Positions 29,695 through 44,277 of a DNA stretch of 64,000 bases are shown piece after piece. This DNA comes from Eledone cirrhosa (taxonomy: Eukaryota), in contig OZ024741.1 in the NCBI GenBank assembly GCA_964016885.1, forward strand, positions 98,394,001-98,458,000. The letters are read 5' to 3'. The notes beneath the pieces were generated by a model that saw nothing but the letters and a program-made list of their open reading frames with translations, was not told where the DNA came from and did no database searches. The stretch's first letter is position 1, and each line of letters begins with the position of its first letter. A program made the position numbers and the translations under genes.

Positions 29695-29993
29695 CTCACA
29701 CATGCCCACATTATATACACTTGCAATTATTGAATGTTCATAACTAGAATGAATTTGAAAGAAAGTTCGCGCGATTATACCTAAACAATAACATGAACAA
29801 CAATGACGACAGTACTACACCAACACCCTTTAACATGACACCAACCCCACCAGTCCCCGAAATACACCACAACAAATATAATTGCATTCAGCTGTTTAAA
29901 AATATGTCGACCTCAATATAATAAGTGTAAGTATTAGTAGATACCGCCACCTTGTGAGGGGAGTAATTAACCCTTATACAGATCCACACACAT

Positions 29994-30061
<68 letters not shown>

Positions 30062-30907
30062 CACCCACACACTCAGATACACAAACACAAAGACACATTC
30101 GCACAGTCATTCAATCACTCACGCACATACACATACACACATGCAGAGAGAAGGAGAGACTCTTTCATGTAATCCCATTCATAGCAATTAACTGCAACAC
30201 CATCAATTACCCCACTATTTTAACCTCCCCATGATCACCAACTAATAATCCCAAGCTTACATATCACGGCTGTGTTCAAATGATAGCAAATAGCAGTGGA
30301 AACAACACCTTTTGATGTCTTTAATCTTCTGGATAACAGAGAGATAATCCCTAATTCCTATGATGTTAAAGTATTTAGCTAAATATTATCTCTCCAAATT
30401 GAGCTGGAGCTATCCTTTCTATAATGTTTATAATATTTGGACCCCTTCTCACCTTATTGGTATACCTTATGTACGTGTGTGTAGCAAATTTTACGAGAAA
30501 GAATGTGTGTGATTGAAGAGGGAAACATAAGAAAACAAAAAATATAAAAATAAAATTAGTAAATAGTGAAAAAGATAAACTATTCTACAAGGTTGAAATG
30601 GTTACAAATTCAAATGACTCAGTCAGGTACCTGAAAACATGACAGAGGAAGAAACCTCTGCTAAGGAGAAAAAAGGATCTCGATAATCTGTGGTAGCATG
30701 TATGCTACTCGTTACAGTTATGAAGAGTAAAAGAGATGAGAGTGTGTTGTAAACAAAGGAGACACTAGTAGATTTTAGTTAATGCAATTCTGTGACAATT
30801 GGTTTATACATACAAATAAATATATGCCCTACAAAACCTCCTTTTCTTTCGTTTATATACACATTAATTCCTTTCTGTCTTTCCATATGCATGGCTTACT
30901 GTATCAG

Positions 30908-31359
<452 letters not shown>

Positions 31360-31623
31360 ATATATAGTCCAAATACTCAAGATGCCTATCCGTGGAGGTT
31401 ACGTTACAACGCTGCGAAGATAAACTAGTTTAAATCCAAAAGCACTTATATATATTCTTTGTTAAGTATAAGATACGAGCCTTGTTGCTCTGGAGTGTCA
31501 CCTATGTACTCATAGCGTCAACAAATGATCATGTAAGTATTATTAGAAGACTCATCCGTTAGACATAATAAAACATGTTTAAACACTACTCATTTCATGA
31601 CGTCAACATCACACGTATATGTA

Positions 31624-31958
31624 TATATATTGTTTAATCATTATAATTATTTCCACGGTTCTCCATGCAATCGAGATGTCTTTCATGCTTTTGCTGTTGA
31701 TTATGAGAACGGTATCCTCAGATGAAAATCAATATGTTTGATATGTCGCTGGCAGGATAAACACACGTCCTATTACTTGTGTGCCCAGCAAACATATGTT
31801 TGCAAGCAATAGGACGTGTGTTTTTTCCTGCCAGCGACATATCAAGCATATCGATTTCCATCTGAGGAAACCGTTCTCATAATCAACAGCAAATACATGA
31901 AGGACATCTCGATTGCATGGAGAACCGTGGAAATAATTATTGTGATTAAACGATATAT
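31624..31958. mobile_element. Fold-back palindrome (~157-bp arms) carrying two hammerheads
   Basis: 31624-31780 is a diverged reverse complement of 31802-31958. Confidence 0.9.
31638..31725 (-). ncRNA. Type I hammerhead with long stem II (mirror copy on plus strand at 31858-31945)
   Basis: UCAU CUGAGGA UACCGUUCUC...GAGAACCGUG GAAA UAAUUA UA AUGA, with palindromic stem III AUAAUUAU. Confidence 0.72.
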
Positions 31959-34419
31959 GTAACTTCAGCACCTTATTTTGTTATTTTTATAAAATTCCCC
32001 ATCGTAACTAAAATCAAGGATTGTTGAGAGCTTTCTCCTGCTTACTCCTGTTTTTACCAACCAAAACAATCTTTTTCAACAATATACATATATATATATA
32101 TATATATGCATAATTTAGTCATGTGCTAACTTATTAACATCTCAATTTAGATCTCAATCGAACCTGTTCGCCACATCCACCCACCGTCTGCACGTATGAA
32201 TATACGAGCCAACAGGGAAAGTTTTATAAGGTTACTGAAATTATTGGGGAAAATATCCAAATCTCACTAAAATCTTAGATACTAGGGTTCCAGCACATAA
32301 AGGAAATATTGGATAATCACAACTGGAATGCCTTTGAACATAGATCAGTTTATCACGACTAAACAAAATTAAAAGGAACTCACACACACATACATAAACA
32401 CACACTCAGCAATATACACACCTATACACGCACACAATCAAACAGACTTAGACACACAAATGCATACACATCTCTATTAACCTAACAGTCCCCCTTAGAA
32501 ACTTATGCGCACACACGAAAGCACATACATAAAAGGTGTACACAAAAATAACACGAACACGCAGGCACACACCAAACACACAAACAACCAAATGCATACA
32601 CACTCATATCCACGAACAAATATATGTACACAAGACCTCCAATTTGATTAAGCCTCCCTGCTTCACCTTTGCAATAGAGAATTTCAAAGAAAATGTCATA
32701 CAAACATGAATACGTTAACACGGAAATCCCCTAAAATCCTTTCATGTCTATCAAGTTGTCAACGTTTCAACACAAGCTAAGGATCTGTCAAAGTATAAAA
32801 AAAAAAGAAAACTTACAACATAAAACCCTAATGTTAATTTCTACTATCCCACATTTGACCGTGTTAAATCCAGTTTAAAGTCTATTGTTTTTCACACCCG
32901 TCACCCACCTCTTTACAGAGCTTCTCTAAACAGGATCAGGTGTCCCTTAAGGCTGGAAACAATCAAACAATAGAGTTTTCTATTTCTACTTGACGGCCTA
33001 TTCCCACCTTTTTGTTTTGTGTGTGTGTTGTGATGATATCAAATAATGAACTAGCGTAGTGTTAAATGCCAACATGTTATGATGTATAGATTGAAATATT
33101 TCAACTTTGATATATTGCTGTTTAGTCACACGTCAGCCATAATCGAACAGAGACCTATGCCACATAAATAGCTACTTATTATTATCTATTCCATCTTAAC
33201 AGACATTTATTTTCTATATTACCGAGATAATGTTAGAGTTTTAATTATTTAAACCTTAACCATTCTCTTGATAATACAGAAAAATTGTACTAAAAATATA
33301 TATAAAAAAATTAGGATTAAAACATCTCTAAATTGAATGTTACAAAACGAGCATATGGTGTGTATTTTTCAAATTACATTATATCAAGCCATCTTCGGAA
33401 CTATACAATACACATTATGCATCGTATGACAGAAGTAAAGCAATAAACATTAGATGTGATATTGGATTTAATTAATTGAATTCATTTATAATCTTGTAGG
33501 TTAAAAACCAAAAAGTTAAATTAAAACGAATGTGCTTGATATGATAATAAAATTATAGCACAGTACATTTATTTTTTAGATCTAATAGTTTCAAATCCTG
33601 GCCTGCTGTTTATAACAAATAGATTATTCTACGGTGTATATTTTCGGTATGATATATCATAATATAAGAGGAAGTGGAGTTATAATTATAAAATGAAATT
33701 AAATGTTCGATGTTTAAATATGATAAAGTAGAGGATTAAATATAGTGTGGGTTATTAAATTCGAGTTAAGTATTGTTTTACAATAATTTCAAATTATGTT
33801 TAGAAACTGGAGTATGGTATGTGATGGTTATGTTCTTTTTCAAAATTTCAGAATACATTAATGTGTTATACTTAGTAACACTACGAACTAAATGTCGGAT
33901 TATAAATTTGATACGGAGAATCCATTTATAAACATTTGTGTATCATGAGGTACGAAACCGTCACATTAAATCAATATATATATGTATGTGCTTGATATAT
34001 ATATGCATACATACTTCATAGTATCATGCGTGTTTGTATGTGTAAGTGTGCTTGCATATGTGACAGTGTTTCCTGACTGAAACTAAAGAAATATAAGAAG
34101 GATATATATATATTATATTCAAGTCAAATTGAAACTGTTTTATTCTATGGTCGATAAAATACTTACGTATAATGTAGTAACATCGAAGTAGGAAGGAACT
34201 AACTCCTATTTATAAACAGTGCGTGCGTGCTACTTTCTAAGATTTGACGTGGTATATATTATTGTACAAATATAGGCCTTTGCAACGACTGACATCTTTG
34301 ATTAGCTTAAAATGTGATTCCCAAGAGATTTGTACATAGTAGTTTCATAGTTATTAGGGTATCATAGGACCAAAGCAAGAATGCCCCCCCCCCCTCTTTC
34401 TCGCCATCTCTCTCTCAAA

Positions 34420-34467
<48 letters not shown>

Positions 34468-35880
34468 GTGTGTGTGTAGAAAGAAACGTGTGAAAGAAAG
34501 TGTGTGGTAGTGAGAGGGAAAATTGAAATATTCCATTTATGAGTTTGCCTCTGCAAATTATAGAGTATAGTCGTTATGTGTTAACATTGATATATGACTG
34601 TTATAATTTCAAGGTGGATGCAGTGATGGAGATAAGGGGTTGTGTTATGATTGGTGCTGAAACTATAGAAACAGGAGTGAGCTATGCAGCTGCCTGATGA
34701 AATTAAATTAAATGAACAAGGTGAGAAAAACACCCTTAGAATTGCTGCCATTTTACTAGCAATCACAGGATGCTGAATATAACCTCATAAATCTAACTGA
34801 ATTAATTAGACAGTTTAATGCCCATGCAGACAAAAGTAAAATTCTAACAGAATTACGACCTTCATTGTCCAGATGATGCGGGCCTATAAAATGTGTCTTA
34901 TGATACTATTAATTAATGCTGTTCCGGGACTATTAAAACCACGGTGGACTGTCGGTCACTGGGTCACATTGAAATATGTCTCAAAGAGCCTATGCATGTG
35001 AGTCAGTTTATCTACATACGCGTTAAATTAATGAACTCACCATTGTAAGGCGAAAAAAGCTACTCGTTAATTCAATAGTGCTCCCAAAGCAGCTAGCATT
35101 GTTAAACTAATGAGATTCTGACTTATAAACTAAGCGAATCAGCCATTTAAGAGCCAACTGAACTTCATGTAATTTGTAAGACAGTTCTGAAAGAATTCTT
35201 TATGATTCGGGAATCTATTCCAGTTGTAGTGCGAGACAAAATATTAATTTCTAATATTGAAACAAAGCCGTGCGTTTTAGAGAAAGTATAGTCAGTAAAG
35301 ATCGAACCTAAGACCTGTTAGATTTATATTTTCTTGATACCAGTTGGATGAAAAAAAAAATCTATCTGAATGATATATGAACTCAGAATGTAAAGTGTCA
35401 AAAGTAAATACTGCAAGATATTTTGTCTGCGACCGAAACATATGAAGCATAAAAAGTTAACTGGCACACACGATGCTTTTTACCAGCCTATATAATGGGG
35501 TCAATTTAATATTACTCTCCCCAAATCTAAATCGTTTTGCCTATATAAGCAAATATTTCTCACTCAGATCATAAATTGTTCATGTCATTAATGCGTTTGT
35601 TAAAATACTAATATCGCATCTTTCCATTAGTTTCAATAACACAGGCCCTCATATGATGCCAGGAACCCTAAATCCTTAATCTAATTTTTCCCCTTTGTGA
35701 CACACATTATAAGAAATCAATATAGTGATTCTATAGTAATATATGTTCTGTTAACTGTAGTAAATATCAAATCAAGTATAATAAACAATATGAGACAATA
35801 ACAACGACATTAGAAGCAACAACAGTAACACCAGCTTCAATAATGAGAGGAATAGTAACAGCTAATGTTGTGCCTGAGAT

Positions 35881-36047
35881 AGTATCGACATCTAAAGAGT
35901 TAGCTATAAATTATGGTAGTATGTCTACCTAGTTTTAGCTTTGAAAACATCCAGTAAATACATGCGTATGTGTGTTTGTGTCTACGTGCCTGTGTGTATG
36001 CGAGTGCGTATGTATATATATATATATGCGTGTGCGTATGTATATAT

Positions 36048-36078
<31 letters not shown>

Positions 36079-36079
36079 A

Positions 36080-36173
<94 letters not shown>

Positions 36174-36300
36174 GCACACGCATACACACAGGCACGTAGA
36201 CACAAACACATATACGCATGTATTTACTGGATGTTTTCAAAGCTAAAACTAGGTAGACATACTACCATAATTCATAACTAGCTCTTTAGATGTCGATACT
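35881..36300. repeat. Inverted duplication of flank centred on (TA)n
   Basis: 35881-~36015 (AGTATCGACATCTAAAGAG...) is the reverse complement of ~36165-36300 (...CTCTTTAGATGTCGATACT). Confidence 0.95.
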
Positions 36301-36333
36301 AATTATATATTTATATATATATATATATATATA

Positions 36334-37163
36334 TATAATTGAATAAACAAGAAAGATGAACACTAATATAAACATACATGCGTTCGAATGGTAAGGATTA
36401 GTTTTGCCAGGGTGAAAAAATACTAACTTCAGCAATATGGTTTGTCAGACTTAATTTTAAGTAGTAAATTAAGAAAAATAACAGACCTATATCGGGCAAT
36501 TGCCTGGTAACAACTACACAGTTTTGGAAACTGTTCCGCAACATCTTATTAAGCGAAGTCAACACCGTTTCTCTGCTCATCAGTAGTTGTTGAGAAATTA
36601 GCGATCCTTCCATGTGTTCGAATCGTAAGGACTAAGTTTGCTAGGGTGAAAAAATACTAACTACAGCAATATGGTTTGTCAGACTTAATTTTAAGTATGA
36701 AATTAAGAAAAATAACAGACCTATATCGGTCAATTGCCTGGTAACAACTTCACTATATATTTGTCAGCTCCATCATGAAGAGCTAATTTTAATGTCTTGT
36801 TAACCAGGCTGCTATCTTTAGCGGCATAGGATTTCGAGACAAGCTGGGTTTCGAAGACAATTCAGTCTTCTAATATTTTTAGAAGTGGAAGGATCGCTAA
36901 TTTCTCCAAAACTACTGATGAGCAGAGAAACGGTGTTGACTTCGCTTGATAAGATGTTGCGGAACAGTTTCCAAAACTGTCTAGTTGTTACCAGGCAATT
37001 GCCCGATATAGGTCTGTTATTTTTCTTAATTTACTACTTGAAATTAAGTCCGACAAACCATATTGCTGTAGTTAGTATTTTTTTTCACCCTAGCAAACCT
37101 AATCCTTACGATTAGAACAGATGTATGTTTATATTAGTGTTCACCTTGTTTATTCAATTATAT
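36334..37163. mobile_element. Hammerhead element with a 234-bp tandem unit and an inverted copy
   Basis: 36334-36612 is inverted at 36886-37163, and 36377-36514 is repeated directly at 36611-36749. Confidence 0.88.
36907..36989 (+). ncRNA. Hammerhead-like fold with GGAA core variant (mirror on minus strand at 36509-36591)
   Basis: AACUA CUGAUGA GCAG...UUGC GGAA CAGUUU-CCA-AAACUG UC UAGUU, with a 7-bp stem III and triplet GUC. Confidence 0.72.
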
Positions 37164-37242
37164 TACACGGTTCGGAAAAGCTTTTTTCTTAAATTCTTAG
37201 AGCTATATAATTGTAAGTGACTACTCTGAGTTTCTAACTCAC

Positions 37243-37351
<109 letters not shown>

Positions 37352-37393
37352 TTTATATATACATTTATATATATATTTCGTTTCTGAAAGTAT

Positions 37394-37434
<41 letters not shown>

Positions 37435-37476
37435 TTTATATATACATTTATATATATATTTCGTTTCTGAAAGTAT

Positions 37477-37512
<36 letters not shown>

Positions 37513-37555
37513 TTGTATGTGTGTGCCTGTGTGTGCCTGTGTGTGTGTGTGTGTT

Positions 37556-37636
<81 letters not shown>

Positions 37637-37959
37637 CAATCCTATACATTTTTTATTGCGCTTAGGAATCTGCGACGATCATATCACATATGAATCACAC
37701 AAGAAATATATCCAATATATCATTTCATTTTATCACGTGTATATTTATACAGTACGTAAATATGTGTGTAGGGCTGTCTGTCGATTTATTCATATGCTGA
37801 TATATACATAATCACATACTCACGCACTCACACGCATACTCACACACAAACATTGTTTATCTCAAAGAACAAGAAATCTTTGTCCGATTGCAAGTGTCTA
37901 TGTGTGTATGTGATTGCGTATATGCCATTGTTTGTGATTATTTCAATCTTTCTTTATTG

Positions 37960-38042
<83 letters not shown>

Positions 38043-38918
38043 TGTGTGTGTGTGTGTGTGTCTGTGTGTGTTTGTGTGTATGGACTGATACGTAGACACT
38101 AATACAAACTGGTGAAATATATAAATATATACTGGTATCTGTGTGTTTATGAACAACTGAGTAGAGGTGCATGCACATATGTGGAAGCATAATGATTTGT
38201 GTGTATGTTATGTGTATATGTGTAGGTGATTATACGTTTATACTAGTATATCTATAGATTTGTGTCTTGCTGTGTAAGTCTGTTTGCGCATGCGTATTGG
38301 AAACAATGGGCAAAGATGACAATGAATGGGCAAACATTTGTGTAGATATTCACTTATCAGTACTTGCTATCTATCACACCTCTCAATAAATATGCATTTT
38401 TGTTTGCCACGGACAAATACATTGCTTATAAAACCACATACATTTTTTACATCCATAATACGGTTGAATGATCGCAGGTATACCCACACACAAAATATGA
38501 TATATATACATATATAACATATTTTGTGTGTGGGTATACACATATATATGTATGTGTGTGTGTGTGTGTGTGTTCTGTTCGTGATAATGTGTGAGTATTT
38601 GACTTGAATGTGCTCGTATGTATATGTGCATGTGTGTGTGTGTCAATGTCGGGATGCATAACCTGGTAAGCGAATCGATATGAATATATAGCACAAAAGC
38701 GATCAATAAGCTATAAATTATTGGTCCTACATTTCTGTGTTCCATGCTAAACTATATCAATTTTTATTTTGTTTTACGAAATAGTTATTTTATTTCATTG
38801 TGTGTCGTTTTTTTTTATCAACAAACGGCTGTGTACTTCCTGTGTCTATACGAACTGACACACACAAACACACACACCTATACATATTTATGTGTGTGTT
38901 TGTATGTGTGTATGTATA

Positions 38919-39006
<88 letters not shown>

Positions 39007-39234
39007 CACACATGCGCACATACTTACAAGCGCTCATACCTGTACAAATAAATATGCATATATACAAACATACATATGTACGTATATTTATACATACATA
39101 TGCATACATTCATATATACATACGAACGTACGTATATACATACGTACTTACATTCATACATACATACATGCATGAATACTTACATACATACATACATACA
39201 TACATACGTACATACATACATACATACATACATA

Positions 39235-39611
39235 CATGGTGGCTGCCAACTCGTTCTCGAGTACGGCCACTACTTTATATACATGTAGGAGAACCCCTAC
39301 CGATGCGCTGAACGAGTGTGATTTTTTAGTCCAGCCAGCGACTTGAAAACTCTGGTACAAACACTATACTTGTGACAATTATTGACACATAGTGCTGGGC
39401 CCATGGTACCATGTGACGACAAGTACAGAGAGATCTCCAGATACAAAGCAATGCCTGTGTCGTGAAGCTTTTATAGTGAGAAAAGGCACTGCACAAAGCC
39501 AGTCCCACTCTCTTAACCAAGGTGATATTTACCAAAAAGAATAACAAGTCAACATCATTGGATACCATCAGTATTGTAGGTGTTATATCAGAGATTTCCT
39601 TCTCCTAGAAT
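39235..39611 (-). mobile_element. 377-bp dispersed element embedded in (TACA)n, copy 1
   Basis: Reverse complement of 46430-46806 with scattered substitutions and the same boundaries. Confidence 0.9.
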
Positions 39612-41999
39612 ACATACATACATACATACATACATGCATACATACATACATACATACATACATACATACATACATACATACATACATACATACATACATA
39701 CATACACACTTATAGTATACACGTATGGACAAAATATACATTTACAAGCTACCATGACAAACTCCATGAGGTAATACAAATACTCTATGAGCTGATACAA
39801 ATAGCAATCAAATCTCCGTCAGGTTGGACATTAGCCTCTTAAAGAGGGTAATGACATATAGTACGAATTAAGTATCTATACACAATAAGCGATGGGTTGG
39901 CCATAACTGGATTGATTTTGATGATAACTATTGCAGGAAAGTGTTGCACCTGCTGCTAAACACCCATAAGACATGGTATAAAATAGATGATAATTCTTGT
40001 ACACAGCCATTTGTCTAGATTTACCCGTCTCCAGATGTATCTATTGTCATGTGCCATTGGTAAACCTGTGGCTTTGTTTCTTAGTTCAGATAATACTTAA
40101 TGTTAATCATTGATATACTTTAAGCGTGTAAAGATGTTTAGCATTGTTATTATTTGAAAAAAAAACAATAAAAACAACAACAAACATAATAATTAAAAAA
40201 GAAAATAATAATGATAATAATAAAGATATATCTATGAGTTTTATTTGCCGGAGGGTGTACTTCATACACACTCGGCTAGCGACCACCCACAATGCCCATG
40301 CCATTCTGATTGACAGTTACGTTAATTGAGATAGATTTGAGGAATAATGGATTTCACACTACACACCCTCTTCAGATCAGAAGTTTTTGTACCTTTGTAC
40401 TTGTCTTTCTTGGCTGGACAAGTGAAGGTTTTGAGGTTCAGCAGGGTACATTATATTTTAGTGAAAAGTAAACGCTGTGTGTTGTCTTAAATGTGGAACT
40501 CATCATCGCCAATTTCTGCTAATACCCAAATGCCATGAAAAGACGAGATGTTATTCTTATTGGTCACACTGATGTTGGTTATTATAGTTGTTGGTTTGAG
40601 CTGTTGGATTGACCTGATCAAGCAATACTATGAACGAAGACATTCCAAATGTTAGTACCCTATCTAAATTTAGAGAAAAAGCTTTAACATTTCATATAGA
40701 ATTACGATATTTAACATTTTACCCATATTAAGTATCGTTACCTGTCATAGGTGTGTCTCTCAGTTGCTATTTTATGTAAATATATATCCACAAAGGTTTT
40801 CTAACTTGAAGCTTTTGTTATTATGCTATTCCAGATCAGTTTTCGCCCCCACCCACCCCCAATATTGTGCATTTAAACCATAGTAGCGAACGTGTCATTC
40901 CATTTCTATTACTTGAATTGTAAATTCAGTGAGTCTTTACTATGCTTTCTATCAGATGGAATTATTGCATGAAAGCTCACCTGGTCAAATTGCAATGTGG
41001 GATAATATTACCGTAGATGCTAGTCTTACTAATGTTACTGTAGCTCATAAAAGAAAAGATTATTGCTATTTTTATCGTGTACACATTGCAGTTAAAATCT
41101 GTCTTCACTTCAGCCATTACAGTTTTATTGACTTGATTGATATTCTAATCTTGTAACTGCTGCCAACACTGCTGCTGGTGCCTCCGCTATTGTGGAATTG
41201 CTACTTTCGTCGCCACCGACAAAATGTGTTTATCCTACTACAGCCTTTATTGTTACTACTCAAAATAGTAAGAATTAAACTCCTCTGTTTTTGTCTTGTT
41301 GTCTCATACCACTTCCTACAAGCCAAATACATTTTTATTCTACTTTCCCTATTATCAATCTTTTACCAATAATCAATTTTCTTGGCGATGTGTTCAATAA
41401 TGCCGCAAAAGTTTGGTAATATTTCATTTTAGATTTGTTAATTTATTAATTTCTCTTTTAAAAATCAAAGAGATATAAGAAGAAAATAACAACGAAGAAT
41501 TAAAAGGTATTACAAATTAAACATTATTTCTGATCTATGGAAAGATAATTGCCGACATATTGAATAATCTTTTAGAATTCTGACCAACACTATTTTTATA
41601 ATGATGTAATAACATCATACAACTATCAAAAACAGATATATCATAACTTCAGCAATCAGAAATAAATACACTCATACATACATACAGACATACATTTATG
41701 CATGCATACACATATAATTACATAAATACGCATATATTTGTAGTGTAATTGAGTTTTTCGCCCTTCATTCTGTCCGCCGGGGCCGTGGGGCGGCCAGCCC
41801 GTGGGATCCCATTTACTCATAATACAGAGAGATGAGGAGAGCGAGAGAGATGGAGGCGAAGGCAGTGGGAGTTCGGCTCTTCTGTGTTCGGACCTGGTGT
41901 GCAGCCTCAGTTGACCGCAGGGAGATAGTGATTTGTACTTAGCGAAGGTTTTTAGAACCTTGTGTTTACGATTCCTGTATGTATTATTATATGTTTGGA

Positions 42000-43220
42000 T
42001 TCAACGTAATCCTGTTGAATATAATGGCAGGATGTTTTTCAAACCAAGATTGTCTATCCAAACAAGTACTTAGCATGTAGACACGGTTGACATGATGAAA
42101 CAATATCAAATTCTCTTTCGTCAAAGGTTTGAAGGAATGGGCAATGATATAGAAATTACCTCAAGAAAATTTGGAATCAAGATTATTCATACAAAGGTGT
42201 TTGAATTATCCTATTGGCGACATTTAGTTGTCTAGGGAGAAAACAGATTTGTTTACCTCAACACTAAAATAAATTATATTAATTTAACAAAATCCGAATG
42301 TGTGGTTATCGATAGGAATCCGTTAATTTGGCAATAATCTTAGTTATCTCTCCTATTACAATTACTTCAATGAACTCTTTCTAAATGTTGCACCTTCTCA
42401 TTCATTCGCCGCAAAGAATCAGGAGACTGGAATGTAAATTGATATATTCTCATTACCCACATTATCCACCTAAAAGATACGTATGATAGCATGCATAAAA
42501 TTCAAAACTGTGTTCAAAGTTATGATTCATTAATAAGAAGATCAGGATTTTAGGAATATTGTTTCTAGTGCCTAGAGAACAGTCAGGTTGCCACAGATTT
42601 ATGCATTTAATTGGGATTTATTCCTAAGTGTACCAAGAATGAGCAATGATCCTTTTTTTTTTAAATGAATCCTAAGAAGTTATTTGCTCCATCGCTATAG
42701 CAAATTTAGGGTAATGAAAGCCGTTGCTAAGTCAATCGGCAAAATCAATTAGATTTTTAGCAGTTTCTAAATTAAATACCTTCCAATATATTAATGCAAC
42801 AATTTCAAAACGAGTTCGATGGAGGGACCAAAATAGCGAGGTTTTAAAGGATATCGAATTTGAATAAACACTCTATACACTAGAGTTTCAAATCATGTCA
42901 TGCCTTTCAATGTTATTTAAATTCTATGTAGGGTGTAATAACTCAACTGCACATATAAGCGAAGTTTTTGGCCTTTATAAAATATAGGCATAAACACCTT
43001 CATGCGAAGTTTTTGGCCTTTATAAAATCTAGGCATAAAGACCTTCATGCAATGGAAACACGACAGCTCAGACTAAATTCATAAGAGGAAATCATTCACA
43101 TCACTATTAAAATTTTTTATCCTGTGTAGCCTTCAATTATATACGTTCTATGTTGAAGGTATGATATAAAAAGTTTTTGAATTAATTAAGACCATCTTCC
43201 TGCTATTTCAAGCGTTAAAC
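42000..43220 (+). pseudogene. Possible highly decayed retroelement ORF upstream of the 43323 pseudo-LTR
   Basis: Non-microsatellite, coding-like composition directly 5' of a hammerhead-bearing repeat. No clean motif was recovered. Confidence 0.25.
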
Positions 43221-43322
43221 TAATATGTTCCTTCCATACACTGTACTGTTCGTGTTGTTATTTGTGTTTACCTTTATATATACACACACACATATATATA
43301 TATATGATGTAACCAAACTGGT

Positions 43323-43998
43323 AAAGCCGGCCATTAATCGCTCGTATACAGGAAACTGACTAGCCTGTCTGCTGATATATAAATATGGCTGATCAGTGGA
43401 TCTGCTAATATGCAAATCAGGCCGATCACTGACTGTATATTTTAGAAAATATCATATATTTTCACTAGCTCAGACAGTTGGCAGGTGAACATTGAACTGT
43501 ACTGATGAAGAGTGATACCCAGAAACATTAGTGTCTGCAGTTCTGTTTACATGCCAACACAAGAGCAAGAATGAGGGGCTCGATCTCCTGACATGGCTTT
43601 AAAAATGAGGGCGTTTGCATAATTGCAAACGAATCGAATATTATTATTAATATTCGAAAATCTCAGATTACATTTATTGTATTCATCCATGTAGAGCGAT
43701 AATTTCTTCTTCTTTTTTAATATCGCAAAGCCGGCCATTAATCGCTCGTATACAGGAAACTAGCCTGTCTGCTGATATGCAAATCTGGCTGATCAGTGGA
43801 TCTTTTAATATGCAGATCTGACTGATCAGCCTGTCTGCTAATATGCAAATCAGGACAATCACTCACTTACATACCAACACAAGAGCAAGAATGAGGGGCT
43901 CATTCTACTAACATGGCTTTAAAAGTGAGGCTGTTTACCTAATTGCAAACGAAAAAAAAAAGTAGAAACAATTATTAATATTCGAAAAACTCAGATTT
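43323..43998 (+). mobile_element. Tandem 404-bp pseudo-LTR-like unit; second copy lacks the ribozyme
   Basis: AAAGCCGGCCATTAATCGCTCGTATACAGG starts at both 43323 and 43727. Segment ~43432-43547 is missing from copy 2. Confidence 0.85.
43485..43550 (+). ncRNA. Type I hammerhead ribozyme motif
   Basis: GUGAACA-UU-GAACUGUA CUGAUGA AGAGUGAUACCCA GAAA CAUUAGUG UC UGCAGUUC-UGUUUAC. Stem I is 15 bp with a bulge, the triplet is GUC, and stem II is degraded. Confidence 0.8.
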
Positions 43999-44090
43999 CT
44001 TTTTTATTTATTATATATACATGTATATATATATAGAGAGAGAGTTAGATATATATATATAGATTGTTTGATTAATCGATTAATAGACAG

Positions 44091-44277
44091 ATAATTGTTT
44101 CTACTTTTACCACAAGGCCAGCAATTACCCAGTAAATTACTGGTACTGTATTTTATCGACCCCGTAAGGATGAAAGGCAAAGTTAACCTCGGCGGGATTT
44201 GAACTCAGAATGGCAAAAGCCGTAACTTTATGCGTCAAAGCATGGAGTCCGACCCTCTACCGATACTGCCAATCCAC
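44091..44277 (-). mobile_element. SINE
   Basis: TTTTATCGACCCCGTAAGGATGAAAGGCAAAGTTAACCTCGGCGGGATTTGAACTCAG is the reverse of the 1653 family core. Confidence 0.9.

Noticed and set aside
41739-41990. GC-rich segment starting TGTAG, possible solo LTR
   Set aside because: I could not identify a terminal CA with TSD, a PBS or a partner LTR.
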